Below, piece by piece: positions 1 to 14,550 of a DNA stretch of 64,000 nt (its first letter is position 1; each line of letters starts with the position of its first letter). The notes under the pieces were generated by a model. The model was not told the origin of the DNA. It worked only from the letters and a program-made list of their open reading frames with translations, and ran no database searches. This DNA comes from Sphaerodactylus townsendi (taxonomy: Eukaryota): contig NC_059429.1 of the NCBI RefSeq assembly GCF_021028975.2, positions 22,196,001-22,260,000 of the forward strand. The letters run 5' to 3'. The translations under genes were made by a program, and so were the position numbers.

Positions 1-168
<168 letters not shown>

Positions 169-698
169 TAACAATAAACAAAAAACACTGCCAGTCTTGC
201 TGCTTAAGAACACAAACACACAAACTTCGATACTTACTACTAATTTACTAAGTGAATTGAAGAGTGAAAAGAAGTGCACTGTTGCCTACTGTCTAAAACA
301 GCTATGAACATACGTGAGTGCAGAAAGTTACAAAAATACTAACCACTAGCAATACATATATACAGAAAATATAACTGTATACATATGGACAATTACAATC
401 TATGAGTTCTTTTTGTTTTGTAATGAAACAGATTGAATTTAAAGATACAGTCCTTTACTGTCAGCATACATGAAGGACTTAGTGGTTATAATATCTGTAC
501 ACCTTCTTTAGGAATGCCAAAATACCCAGAATGAGGCATGCTAAAACACCATTCGCAATGAGACAGTTTTCACGAGCTCTTCCTCAGTAGAATGCTGTGA
601 CCATTAGGTACTGTAGTAATTCTCTGCGATTAGGTCATTCAGTGCCATATCAATGCAGCAACTTTCACAGTTCCTGAAGCACTGAATACAGGACATGA

Positions 699-920
<222 letters not shown>

Positions 921-1520
921 TAGGCATTATGACATCCACAGTGTATTTTTAGAAAGGGAGTGGGGACTTTTGCTTAGCAGTTGGCTGTTGGAGATCTGGT
1001 TGGCTGTGTAGATTTTTAAAAAGCTGCTTCAGAGGCAGCTGCCACTACAGCACAAGGATGCGTGACCTAAGGCATATGCCAGGAAACACTTTTGAAGGAT
1101 GTTTCATTTTAAAAGACATCCTGTTAAGCAGAGCTTCTGCCTGAAGATGTTGAAGAGTTCCTGTTAGAGTTGTAGATAACCTCGCTCCAAAACTTTGTGG
1201 TCTCCCTGTTGCGGCAGCCATTTTGTGGTTGCACCCAACACCCTGGCTCGCAAAGGTTAAAGACGCCAGCTCTTAGCCAGCTGTCCTTTGGCTGCAACGC
1301 TCTAGTTGGGGAATCACGTGTCGGGAGAATCTGTACGGTTGCAGGCACACTTGATTTGCAAAGACAGAAAATGTTATTTTGAGCTTCACTTTGACCCTTT
1401 TAGTAAATTCAATTCAATTTGTTTGATAGGTCCTATCAAATATCAACGTAGGGATTGGCTCAAAGCTGAAACCGATAGACACTTCTCTGAAACATATTCT
1501 CTGTTCTGTTTGGGCCCTAG

Positions 1521-1781
<261 letters not shown>

Positions 1782-3029
1782 TAGCCTTCAGCTTCTACGG
1801 CATCCAAGTTTCTAGTCCTCCTTGCTTTTTTCTTTAAAAAATGCCATTTTGATACTCAGCAGTATTGTCTACCGTGCTTGTCCAAATCGCCACACGCCTG
1901 GGCATATTTCAGTCCATAGTTGATAGATTTCCACTTGTAGTATCAGAAGGTAAATCTCTAATCTCTGAAATGAAATCTAGTGAGGCACCAGGACCTGCCT
2001 CTATAGTTATTCAAGTAAATGCCAGTTGGTCTCCAGAGCCGTCGCTCTGGCCAGGGGTGTGTGTCCCCTGGCCTCCACAACGCGACGGAAGCCAGTAGGA
2101 GAAGGTAAGCCGGTTGGGAAAGGCGGGAGGGAAATGCCACCTTCCATCTGCGGGTGGAAGGCACCCATCTCCCTTTAAAAACCTTGCTCTCGTGGGAGCG
2201 CAGGTCTCAAAAGTGCGACATTTCCACTGGGCTCTCTAAGCAAGCTGCAGCAACGCTTCTCGCTATGCGACGCCTCCCCTAGGGACGGTGTAAGCTTGCC
2301 GGGCCCCTGGGGCGCTGTATTCCACCCATGATTCTATGCATGGTTGACCTACATAAATTTATGGCCCCTTTTCAAAGTCTGGCACCAAAGAGGGCCTATC
2401 TATTAATCTTTCTAAGTCAAAGGCCCTCCTAGGAGTTGTGTGGACAGCAGCAGGTCAATCTGTGGAGCAACAATTTAAGCATTTAGGAGTTAAATTTCAA
2501 GTGAATCTTTCTTAGAAGGTTCATTTGAATTCTTGTTATAAGAACAGCCATGAGTACTAGGAAGGCTATTTTGAGATTTTATTATTGCTCTGGGAGACAA
2601 TAGGTTCCTGCACTAAGGAGTTATCCTGTGCTGTAGGTGTTATTGTGCTGAGTGTGTGTGAAGTGCTGAATCACAAGGTCATCCAAAATGTCCTATTATT
2701 AACAGCTTTGCTCAGGTCTTGCAAACTCAGGGCCATGTCTTCCTTTATAAAGTCAATCCATTTTGCTGGATGATTGTGGAAACATAATATTGGTAACATA
2801 ATAATTGATGTACCATTCCTAAGTTTTTCCATGCTCTCCTGAGAACTCCAAGATATGCGGCGGAAATGGTTTTAAGAGCTGAAATGTTTTTTGAAGCAAT
2901 GGCTTGGCAGAGCATTTATTCTAAAAATTAGGATGTTTAAATTGAATGTAGAGTCAGATGTGATGCTATAGATTATACTGTTTTGGATCACCCTGAATTT
3001 TCAGATTCAAGAGCTGAATGGATTTTTCC

Positions 3030-3895
3030 TTTGTTTAGGCAGGACTCTTATCTTTTTAGAAGCGCCCACCTTCTTGGTTACTAAGAGATGAAGACAAACA
3101 AATAACTTTGCATGTAGCCAAATTTTTGGCAGTGGTAGTAAAATCATGTTGTAACTTGTCATTTTAGACATCCTTTTTGTGTGAGATATGAAAAAGTCTT
3201 TGGCAACCTTACAGGCCAAGTTTTTAAAACCCAAATCATAGCAATTCTTTAAAAGGAATTATTTATTTCCAAATAATAAGTATATTCTCTTGCATTCTCA
3301 TTCTTGTGTCTCCATACATCCAATCTACCCAAATTCTCCACTATATCAAAAAATATTTTGATGCCATAGTTTGCCTTTTATGTTTTAAATAGTTTTTCCT
3401 GAAGTTCTATTTGTGGTAATATCACACCATTTCAGTTCCCCGTCACACAACTTTCATGTGCCAGTTCTGATAATTTCTCTAAAAGATGTTTATAAAAATG
3501 ATCTATCTTCATATGGTGCGTAAACTCCAAACACCGTAGTTTTGATACCCATAAATCTACCATGTTCATAATCTAATATCAATTTAGGTACAAAACTAGG
3601 GGTAATACCACCATCCAGTGGTGGGATTCAGCAGGTTCACACCACTTCAGCAGAACCAGTTGTTAAAATGGTGCTTGTAATCAACCAGTTGTTAAATTAT
3701 TTGAATCCCACTACTGACACCATCCCTTTTTTAAATTTGGACTCATTGAAATTAACTCTTTGCTCAAATATTTTATATCCTTTATCCAGATGTGTTTCTT
3801 GTAGACAAATTATATCTTGTTTTAATTTCCTCAAACAGCAATATTTTTCTTTTCTTTTGTGGAGCATTAACTCCATTTATATTCCACATCAAGCA
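3030..3895 (-). mobile_element. Decayed L1-clade LINE ORF2 endonuclease fragment in a KANK3 intron
   Basis: Minus strand gives the APE motifs WNINGVNAPQKKRKI, DIICLQETH, GVYAPY and GRLD in order, with frameshifts. Left end approximate. Confidence 0.75.
3616..3716. mobile_element. Short hAT-type MITE inserted in the L1 fragment
   Basis: Termini cagtggtgggattc...gaatcccactactg; near-perfect 8-bp flanks ccaccatc/acaccatc; termini related to 39776-40138. Confidence 0.6.
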
Positions 3896-3958
3896 TCTGC
3901 TGATTTAATAGCAGCCAGGGTCTTAGACAAGACCTAACATTTGTTTACGTTTTCACAG

Positions 3959-4057
3959 GACGGCAATGATGCAGTTTCGATTGCTCTGGAGGCTGGACAC
4001 CAAGACATAGCAACAATGATATCCACTCACCTCACAAAGTCAGCAACTCAGTCACCA
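3959..4057 (+). CDS. KANK3: KANK3 penultimate coding exon
   Basis: Acceptor ttttcacag; DGNDAVSIALEAGHQDIATMISTHLTKSATQSP (last ankyrin repeat); donor GTGAGT at 4058. Confidence 0.9.
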
Positions 4058-4709
4058 GTGAGTAAATCTCATTCTAAGAATAGTGATTTATCTTACACAA
4101 AAAACCCGTGTTAAGGAACAAGCTGCAGATCTCCCAGTGAAAAGGCAATGTTAACATTCTTTGGGCGTTCGAGGTAGACCTCACCTGCCGCAGTTTTTTC
4201 TGCCTAGGCATATTGCAATCCATACCCTTTAACTTTCCAATTAATGCTTGCATGCATTTTAAAAAGAAATTATCTTTGATTTACAATCATTCATACTTGC
4301 AATTCTTGTCATGTTGCGTTTTCCTTCTTTAAGAGCATTCATCTGTGACTGTATTGAAACCTGGTTGGTGGAGGGGAAATAGCCGTACTAAATTCAGATT
4401 TCACTGCCTTTAAAATACATCCACAAAACCACAGCGAATGCAAACAGCCATCTTTCTAGGCCTGTACTGAGGATGCTGATCTCCCCAATAGTAATTTCAA
4501 CTGTCCTGAAACAGTACTGTGTTGACTTATCTGGACTTCTTTAGCTCCACTGGCATAGAGTGACCTCCCTCTTGCGTACTTTGTCTTGAATCAGCCTTCA
4601 ATCTTGGCTGTGGGAAGGGGGAAGATTTCCTGCCCAAGTCCAGGCAAAAGCTTCCATCATAATGGATCCACAAGGATGGATTTTCAGCAGCTGTCTTCTC
4701 TATTCACAG

Positions 4710-4748
4710 GACCAGAACGGAAAGAAGAGCCCAAGAAAGCAACTCTAG
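4710..4748 (+). CDS. KANK3: KANK3 terminal coding exon (DQNGKKSPRKQL*)
   Basis: Acceptor tcttctctattcacag; in phase; TAG at 4746-4748; candidate AATAAA signals at 5578, ~6183 and 6437. Confidence 0.75.
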   Translation, partial: DQNGKKSPRKQL

Positions 4749-6424
4749 GACCTGGATTGCATGGAAGGACCCAGTCCACAGTAGTTCTACATGACAACCA
4801 CTCCTGTCCTACACTTCCTGTGTGCGTCGTCTATCTTGTACAGTTCAAGGGACCAGGTTTAAACTCTGGCATCTCGGTCAGTTTGATCCTTCCTTGGAAG
4901 GGGGAGACGTATAGTGACTAGAATCCTTGACCAAATTTGAGTATTGACTTCCAGAGCACTAGAGGTAATCATCATCAGCCTTGTTCTCACTAAAGTGGGT
5001 GGGGGTTGACTTTACGGCTGGGCCCTGCCAATTCACACAAGATTCCAGAGGGATTGCTGTGGTAAGCCTATTGCAGCAAAAATAAAGTCCTGTGGTACAT
5101 GCTTTTTGTGGACCAGAACCAACTTCCTCCAAAGAAATGGGCTGTAGACTACAAGTTACTTTGAAGATTTGAGTAATGTTCAAGGTGATCCAGAATTCCC
5201 CTACGAATGAGTGTATTTCCTCAACTTAAGATCAACATGCTGGACTTCTCTCAGACATTACTGATTTTCCATCTTAGTGAGAACTAGAAGCATGTCTGTA
5301 GTACTTTAAGGAGAGTTCTATCCTTTGACCCTCTCTTACTTTGCATGTATGATAGCTTTCTACCCCCTTCTCACATGGGAGGAGGGGTAAATCACTCCTA
5401 CCCCTTTTTACTCGCAGTATTGCTGTCTCGGGAAAGGGAGACAGACACCTCCCTTCGTAAGTGAAGGACCCTATTTCTCATCCACAGCCCTACACCATTT
5501 TGTTGTTTTTTATCCAGCCCAGGACTTTTGTGTACAACACTTGTTTTAATAATGGTATTAAAATGTTATCTTGGCAAAATAAAGAGCAAATCACTTCTAA
5601 GCGTCCTTTGCCTTGAAAACCTCCATGGGTTTGCCATGTCACCGGTGACTTTACAGCCAAAAACAATACGCAAACAAGTGGTTTTGGCATATCTAAAAGC
5701 AGAGTTGTCCAGGGAACTCCAGGAGATTTACTTATCCTTTGCATTTTTCATTTGGACATGAGAACATGGTAATTAGAAGAGAAAAACAGAAACATGTATA
5801 ACTGCTACTCATTGTAAGGATTAACTTTGTGTAATTTGAGCACCTGCTGTAAGTATTGGCATTTTTTATTTTTAAGCTAGGGAAATGGTTTCATAGCCCT
5901 AGGTATACACCAGCTGTTTCCCACAATTCTCTTCTTCATCCTCTACCAACCTCTTCTACATCTAGTTACAATCAGCCAGTTGTTCAACTGGTAGTCCATT
6001 TTCCCCCATACCACTACACTACTACGCCTGTTCTCATGTTTCAGATGTTGTAGTAAAAGTGTAAGCAAGCTATGTTTTTGATCTATTACAATTCTTAGAG
6101 ATAATAGTCAGAATGTCTATGCCTGGAAGGTTTATAAGCCAAGTCCTGCGTTTCAGGAGAAAAGCAGCATATAAATATGCTAAATAAATAAAACTTGACT
6201 ATCCTGAGGAAGGTCCTGTGACCTGCAGGTCAGCAGGGATCTGGAGAAGTGTGGGAGGATACAGAAGGGCAGGCTAAGGTCAAGAATCTAAAAAATAGGG
6301 TGCTTGGGAAAAGATTCAGTAAATATGCAAGTCCACATTTCACATATGCTGACTTCACCCCCTGCCCAACGTTTCCTTGCCACTGTATGCTGCTTCTTAA
6401 AAACTACCAACTACAGCACAAAAG

Positions 6425-6531
6425 CAATGGGAAGGGAATAAAAACTTTATTCAGTTGTATCTTGTCTCAAGCAGTCCTCATCTGGAAGGCACCACAGGCC
6501 TTGGGATCATGCTCAAGGATTCAGAGGCCAT
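6425..6531 (-). other. RPS28: RPS28 non-coding terminal exon (3' UTR)
   Basis: Minus-strand acceptor ttttttatctccag at 6532; donor GTAAG at 6685 closes the preceding exon; AATAAA at 6446-6451. The 3' end is approximate. Confidence 0.75.
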
Positions 6532-6716
6532 CTGGAGATAAAAAATTAAACACATGAAAATGGAGGTTTAGCTGGTGTTCTCAAGGCTGTGGAGAACATG
6601 AATTGTAGAACTGAACTTCTGATGGAAAACGAATTCAGACAGCTACAGTTCTCAGTGGAGGAGGGCAGAAGTCAACCACACTTACAGGGGTGGGGGATGC
6701 AACAGGCAGGGCCATA

Positions 6717-6875
<159 letters not shown>

Positions 6876-7082
6876 TTATTCTATGGGGCATATATGTGCA
6901 GAAGCTGGGTTAGCAGACACAATGGAAAAGGAGCATAAGGATTTACCCAGCTTGTTTAAACTTCCCCATAAGCATGTACAGAGTGATAACAGGAAGTCTG
7001 GGTTACCACCCCGACGGGATAATCCAAGCAAGGTTACCTCCTTGCCGTTTAAAAGAGCAGAGTTGTTTTTTGTACCCCAATT

Positions 7083-7349
7083 TTCCTACCAAAAACAGTC
7101 TGAAACATGAATACAATCACCTCCCCCACCCATACCACAACAGAAGGCTTGGTCCTTTAGGTGAGGCTGAGAGAGTTCTGAGAGAACCTTAACTGGTCCA
7201 AGATCACTCAGCAGGCTTTGTATGCAGCAGCAGGGAAACAAATCCAGTTTACCAGATAAGTGTTCCTCATGTGTTGAGGAGTGGGGAATCAAACACAGTT
7301 CTCCAGATTAAAATCCACCACTCTTAACCACTGCATCACACTGGCTCTC
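7083..7349 (-). mobile_element. tRNA-derived CORE-type SINE (Squam3-like)
   Basis: Minus strand starts gagagccagtgtgatgcagtggttaagagtg, the same head as other copies in the window. Confidence 0.7.
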
Positions 7350-9630
7350 TAATGCAATCTTCCAAAGCGGCCATTTTCTTCAGAGCAACTGACCTTTGTT
7401 ATATGGAAATCAGCTGAAATTTCAGAATATCTCCAGACTGCCCCTGGAAGCTGGTAGTACAAGCCCTTGGACAGATACGGGACACCAACACATTTGGAGA
7501 TTATGTTCCTGTTTGGTTTCTGGTGCTGAAAAAGGGACTCTGGATGATCAAGGGAGTTCTTTCCCAACATGAGAAAGGTTAAGAAGCATAAGGACTTTTT
7601 CAGTTCAGAGAAAACTTTTTCCGCCCCATCTTTGATGACTTTTTTTAATTAAAAAATTGATAGGCAGGAGTCTCAAGACCAAAAAAAAGGAAAAGCTTTT
7701 TTACACAAAGCATAGTTGGCTTGGGGAATTCACTGCTGCTGGATGCAGTGATAGCCACTGCTTCAAACGGTAATTATTATGTGGGGAATTGAATCTGGAG
7801 AATCAGAGTCAAATACTGTTCTCCCGATTTACCGCTTGACACATAAGAGAAAACAGGATGGGTACTTTCTCTGCCACGTTGGAGATTTTTAATAAAAATG
7901 AGCAATCCCCAAGTTTAACATAAGCACAACTAAAATAACAGCACTGTTCTGCATGAGATCTTTGAACACTTCTTTCCAAAATACAGTTTGAGCAACAGGG
8001 AGGGCTTTGTAGTTAAGGGGTAAATTAAGACACACCTAAGCATGTAACACTCTTCCTCTACAGTAAACATCAGGCAACATCTGGTCAGGCAGTCTTAGCA
8101 ACTGCACAACATATAACCTTAGTATACTACAACTAATATAATATCCTTTTGATTAATCTGTGATTAATTAGAAAGGTTTTCCTTATTGATCATGCAGCAC
8201 TTTTACAGCCAGAATATTTTCAGCACAGATACACAGAAAATCACACATGCAAGTTGCAAAGTTTCCTTTCTCACACCCAGGAACATTTTTATCTAAGAAT
8301 GTATTATTAAAAAGATATTAACTATGTGACATTCCTAACGCTTATGCAGAGGTGTTTTTATACCATGAAGGGGATGCCTACACATTTATGCCTTGGCAGG
8401 GATATGATTAGTGAGATTCAAATTTCAGAGCAGCTGCTACAAAAGATTGTGGCCAAAATAAACTTCATTTTTATTTACATATAATTCTGCCCACTCTGAT
8501 CCCACTGAGCCAGTTTAGTCACACGGGACAGCACAGCATTGTGATAAATTTGTCAATTTCACTGAACACATCACAGGTGATGTAGTGTGGTGTAATGGTG
8601 AAGAACCTAAGACTACACAAGTTCAAATTGCCACTCATGTGATGGAAGGTTGCTAGGTGACCTTGGATCAGTTCCACTCTGTCAGCTAAACCCATCTTAC
8701 ATTGTGGAGATTAAACAATGGAGTGAAGAATATCATAAGCTGCTCTGGCACCCCACTGGAGAGAAAGGCAAGATACAAATGAATGAAACTAAATAAAATA
8801 AAAATAAATAGCTTGCACTGTGACAAAAAATTTTTGACAGTGGTTTTATCCAGCAGAAGTATTCTGTATTCAAAGAGACTCTGCATCAGTCGATGCATGA
8901 TTCCTGATTTCCTGTCTCATATCCTGTTGGATTGTCAACTGCACAAAGATTTAAGGGAGAAATTATACAGACTGTAGCACCATTTTAACAAAGAATGAAT
9001 AAACGCAAGCTTCTTCAGCACTTATCAACGGACCGAAACTCAACAATTCCTTTTGAAGTGGTAATTTTTTATTAGCAATTTCTGATCAATTGTTATTTAG
9101 TCTTGCTAATGGTGGTAAGTCAAGACTATGATTAATGTCTAATAGAGTCTTCAATGGCTAAGTATTGTCAGTATTTTTGAAAACCAGAATTTGTGGAGGG
9201 GGCAACCATCAGTGGATGTTTGTAAAACAGCACAGTGATGCTGCAAGGAAGAGCCAATGGAACCAGGATGCTGATCTACATGAAGATTTAGTCTGCTCAT
9301 TTATAGTACTGTGTGGACATGGTCAAGGGATGGATGATGTAATCTGGAATCCTTTTGGAAAAACGTGTTTTCAAGGCAAGAGATGTACAGAGCTGGCTTG
9401 CCATTGACTGCCTTTGTGCAGCAATCCTAGTACTCCTTGGCTATATCCCATCCAAATACTAACCCTATTTGGTTTATGAGATCTAGCCATCGTGGACCAT
9501 CCAAGAACCAGAGTTCCTGTTATGATAACATGAGCAAAAGAAGAATAACACTGCAAGCTATTCTAGTTCTCTATTAAGCAGAAGAGCACATTATACCAAA
9601 ACACATGAAGAGGAACCGTGTTGGATTATG

Positions 9631-9763
9631 CATAGGTGTCAAACTCGCGGCCCTCCAGATATGGACTACAGTTCCCATCATCCCCTGCTAGCATCATGCT
9701 GGCAGGAGATAGTGGGAACTGTTGTCCATAACATCTGGAGGGTCGCGAGTTTAACACCCGTGG
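9631..9763. mobile_element. Palindromic hAT-type MITE
   Basis: Inverted arms ggtgtcaaactcgcggccctccagat / atctggagggtcgcgagtttaacacc around the ggactaca...cccatc core shared with other MITEs. Confidence 0.75.
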
Positions 9764-10056
9764 ATTACAGCAACACAAGCCCATTCATCGAAACATCCGG
9801 ATGATAAAACAGACGCTTCCCCAGAGATCAAAAGAGGCGCAAGAACGTCCCATTTTTTCTAGGTTCCAAGGTAGGCTGCCCCAGAACAAGGCGGATCTAT
9901 TCTTAACCTTCCTGGAGTTATTGACAAATAGCTATCCTTTTTCAACCGGAAACTCCTAAGTCTGACCTGCCAAATAATCATTCCCTCAGAGCAGCCAAAT
10001 ACCACATGAAATGGTGGAAGAACTCCGCCAACTTTTCTTCCCCTGTCCCTTCGCTA

Positions 10057-10772
<716 letters not shown>

Positions 10773-10823
10773 ATGGCGACTGCCACCGGTATCATCCAGC
10801 GCCTTCGTAACTTTATGGCGGGG
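10773..10823 (+). CDS. NDUFA7: NADH:ubiquinone oxidoreductase subunit A7, exon 1
   Basis: MATATGIIQRLRNFMAG; donor GTAAGA at 10824. Confidence 0.93.
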
Positions 10824-11508
10824 GTAAGAACCAGGACTGAGTCCAGTAGAAGAAATTATTTGGAGTTCAGTGCCATGCAAATTGATCTATGAGCAATTGA
10901 GCGAGGCTAAATCACATAAACCTAGCCTTTTCCCCTCAACCTTGCAAGGAACTCTGGGAGTTGTAGTTCTCGGAAAGCTTGTAGGGGACAGGGTGGTTCT
11001 CTTGTAAAGGTGTGCGGTTTGGTTTTATTATTAATGTATGTTTCGCTTCTATAGTTGGTTCTTTTATGTTTTTATTTGTAAGAAAGCTTTTTTGTTAACC
11101 ATAAAGGTTGGGCGTTACTTTTTAATAAATAAAGCATGCTGGTTGAAGTATTTGAAGTTATATATTTTTAATCCATCTAAAACTTTTATTTTGGGGAAAT
11201 GAAGAGATGGCATACAACGCAACACTATTAATTAGATTATTCCTATAAGCTCCTTTGGAGCAGAGTGTTCCCCAATGGTGTGATAATAATAGAGTACCAG
11301 AACTATAAATATTGCACAATTATCCCCAAAAGGCCTTACAGGGTTAATGCAGTCCTGTGACTCCTTGTAGATGTATCTCAGCAGGTTCACTAATTGAGAT
11401 ATCCATTTATCAGTTCGGGTTTTCAGGTTTGTAAATGAGGGCTAAACTGCCTGAAGGTGGCAAACTTGGAATATGCCCTCCTTGTCTGTTTTTTTCTTCT
11501 TTTGACAG

Positions 11509-11558
11509 CGAGACTTGCAAGCCAAACTACAACTGCGCTACACAGAGATCGCCAAGCG
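11509..11558 (+). CDS. NDUFA7: NDUFA7 exon 2
   Basis: Acceptor ttttgacag; RDLQAKLQLRYTEIAKR; donor GTAAGT at 11559. Confidence 0.94.
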
Positions 11559-12680
11559 GTAAGTTCCCTGAGCTGGTTGGCATCAGCTGTTTGATTCTCA
11601 AAAGCTAGCACTTGTATATTTTGTGTCAAAGAGAGGACTCACTTGGATGGATTTGAAAGAGTTAAACTGGTGGAGGAGGAAAGATGTAATAACATAACTG
11701 TAAAGGAAGCTCCATTTCTAAGGGAAAACGTCCTATTGAATACTAATTGCCTTTCTGGGCTTACCAGAAACATCGTTGACCGTCGGGGGAGGGGGGATAT
11801 TACAAGATACCAACATCAGTCTGATATAACAAAGTAATTCTTATGGATGAGAGGCTTATCGGTGGTATAATCCATCACAATATCCAAAACTTTCATTGGG
11901 GACTTCTGAGGATGTAAATCTCCATATTGCTCACTGTGGACAAAGGTTAATGTTACATGCATGTAATGAACGGTAAATGAGATGGTAAATGTCTGTGAGA
12001 TGATTCAAGTACTCTGGTACTTCCTTTAGTAGTTCAAAGCTGGTTTCATGTCCACAAACATTGCATTTGCAAAGATATAAGGCAACACAGTGCATTGTGG
12101 TGCTTGATCTGACTGATGTAGTGCAGTTGTTAACCAACTTTCAGCAAAGAAATGATCCCTCCTGAATAGCATCTGATTCCACAATGGCTAAACAAATACC
12201 TCTGGGTAGACCACAAGTAGAGCAGAGCTGGGTAGAGCAGGCCCTATTATACCTCTTGGTGTTAAGAGGTAGGCTGCCTCTACATTAGAAAGTTCCATTT
12301 AATTAATGTGGCTCATAGGCAATCAGAGACCTGCTCTCCTATTAATTTCTCTTATTCTCTTTTAAAAGCCATATACACTGCTAGCTGTGGCCACATTTTT
12401 GGGCAGCCCATTTACTCAGTTAATCCATGTTCAACGACCTTTAGCCATAACTCTACTTTGCAAGAAATAATTTCTCTGTCAAAATTAAAGAGATGACTTT
12501 CTGTGTGACTGCTGTAATACCAAGACAACTGAAAGGGATCAAGACAATTGAAAGCTGTCAAGGCTACCATTCAGTAGTGCCTCGGAGCCAGGAGTGGGAT
12601 GACACTAAAGCATAAGTTCCTCCTAGTTTCTTTTGGTGCTGGTGGACTCTTTTCTTAAATCCTTTCCATCCTTCCCCTAG

Positions 12681-12839
12681 GACTCCAGCCAGCCTCCAGC
12701 TCCCTTCCTCTCCTGTTGGCCCCAGCCACAAGCTTGCAGACAATTATTACTGTACTCGTGATGGGCGCCGGCTGACTTCCCCTCCGATTGTCATTGTCTC
12801 ATCACAGAAAACCTTGGCCCCAGGAGACCAGGCAGCCAG
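12681..12839 (+). CDS. NDUFA7: NDUFA7 exon 3
   Basis: Acceptor ttcccctag; ...[42 protein letters not shown]; donor at 12840. First 10 codons atypical (see findings). Confidence 0.9.
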
Positions 12840-13497
12840 GTAGTTTTCTGTTGCCTACAATCACATATCTGTTGTAACTGTGGAGAAAAAAAAATAGCTC
12901 TCCTTGTTTGATTTGAGATGTCAGGAAGCACCCCCTCCTGTGCTGACTGCACTGTGACAGCGTCTGGTCTGTTTCCTGAGCAATTTTCTTACAACAGCTG
13001 GTTTAATTTTATTGAAAGTAGTCAGTGGACTTTTAAAAGATCCTGGCTTTTAAGCATCTCTGATCTTTCAACAAGCTATCAAATTTTAACCTGTTAAGGC
13101 TTAAAGTGGGGGGGGGGGGGTTTCAGAGGGTGTTGAAATAGACAGCATGTTTTGAGTCATTCCCCTCCCCCAAATTTGAAAACAACTTTTGAGGAAGAAA
13201 ATCAGAATTGGAGAGTTAGGAGTGCTAGACACTCCCCCCACCATGCCACATATAGTATCTTCTTCCTCAGTTGCCACAGTCCAATACAATTTGCAGCTTG
13301 CAACAATTGTTTCTAAGTAAAAGCACAAATCCAAAATGTTAGTTCCCATCTTGCTCTGTTGTTTCCCTTAAAGCTTGCATTTAAGGATTCAGCTAATTGG
13401 GTGGGGAGGGGTCAGGCTTAGTGCTGCTTTTGGAGGGGGTGCATAGTATGCTGCTGCAGAATTCTTCATTTCCAAATCTTCCTGTCACTTTGCCCAG

Positions 13498-13594
13498 GTT
13501 GGAGTCTGCTGTGGCCGTAGCTGACAAACCACCAGTGACGCCAGGCCCTGTTCCTCGGAAACTGGAGCTGTCCAAAGATGAGCCCTATTTGTGA
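13498..13594 (+). CDS. NDUFA7: NDUFA7 exon 4 (terminal)
   Basis: Acceptor tttgcccag; LESAVAVADKPPVTPGPVPRKLELSKDEPYL*; ATTAAA at 13709-13714; protein 118 aa. Confidence 0.93.
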
Positions 13595-14415
13595 ATGAAC
13601 TGTAATCTCTCAAGGCTGGAGCTGCTTGCCAGGATAATGGCTGCAAGTGTGACCCTGTGTGGAAATAATTCAGGCTAGGAGACTTCTGGTTTGTTTGGTG
13701 CGTAACTGATTAAAGGGACTCAATCCTTAATGCAGGCTGAAACACTGCCCCTTGTGATTCATTTGATTTGGGGGAACAGATGTGGACAGATTTCTGCCAT
13801 TAGTTTGGTACAGCACCATTCTTTCACAGGATACTTTTAAGATCTATTCAGGTAAGTAGCCATGTTGGTTTGAAGAAGCAGGAAAAAAGTTTGAGTCCAG
13901 TGGCACCTTTAAGACTAACCAAGTTTTATTCTTGGTATAAGCTTTCATATGTTGGGATCTGAGGAAATGTGCACACACACAAAAACTTATATGAAAAATA
14001 AAACTTTGTTAGCCTTAAAGGTGCCACTAGATGCAAACTTTTTTCAGGATACTTTTAAGAATGTTAGAAGAGCCGTGTACATCCTGTCCAGCATCCTGTC
14101 TCCCACAGCAGCTGACCACATGCTCTGGAAAGTCTATAAGAAAAGCATGAAGAAAACAGCTCTCTTCAGCAGTGTGCAGCCCTAGTAACAGATATTCAGA
14201 AATAGAATGCCTCTGAGTGTGGAAGTTCCATTTAGTCAAGGCTAGTTCCATTTAGTCAAGGCTATTTATTTTTTTATTTGCCACAGCACTTACCAAACAC
14301 ATGCACAAAATACCATAGTTTAAACTCTCAAATGAGGACTGTCAATAATAAATGAAAACTACATTACTCAAATGCAGACCTAACTACAGCCATCTCCAAC
14401 TGCCTCCTGAAGATC

Positions 14416-14550
14416 ATAAGAACATAAGAACAAGCCTGCTGGATCAGACCAGAGTCCATCTAGTCCAGCACTCTGCTTCTCGCAGTGGCCCATCAGGTGC
14501 CTTTGGGTGCTCACATGCAGGATGTGAAAGCAATGGCCTTCTGCTGCTGC
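14416..14550 (-). mobile_element. CR1 LINE 3' end fragment
   Basis: cataagaacataagaac tail; near-identical to the reverse complement of 35215-35350. Confidence 0.8.

Noticed and set aside
13890-14040. Short inverted repeat with a CTGAGGA hammerhead-like core
   Set aside because: GAAA box and stem II are decayed; treated as an old Penelope-type remnant.
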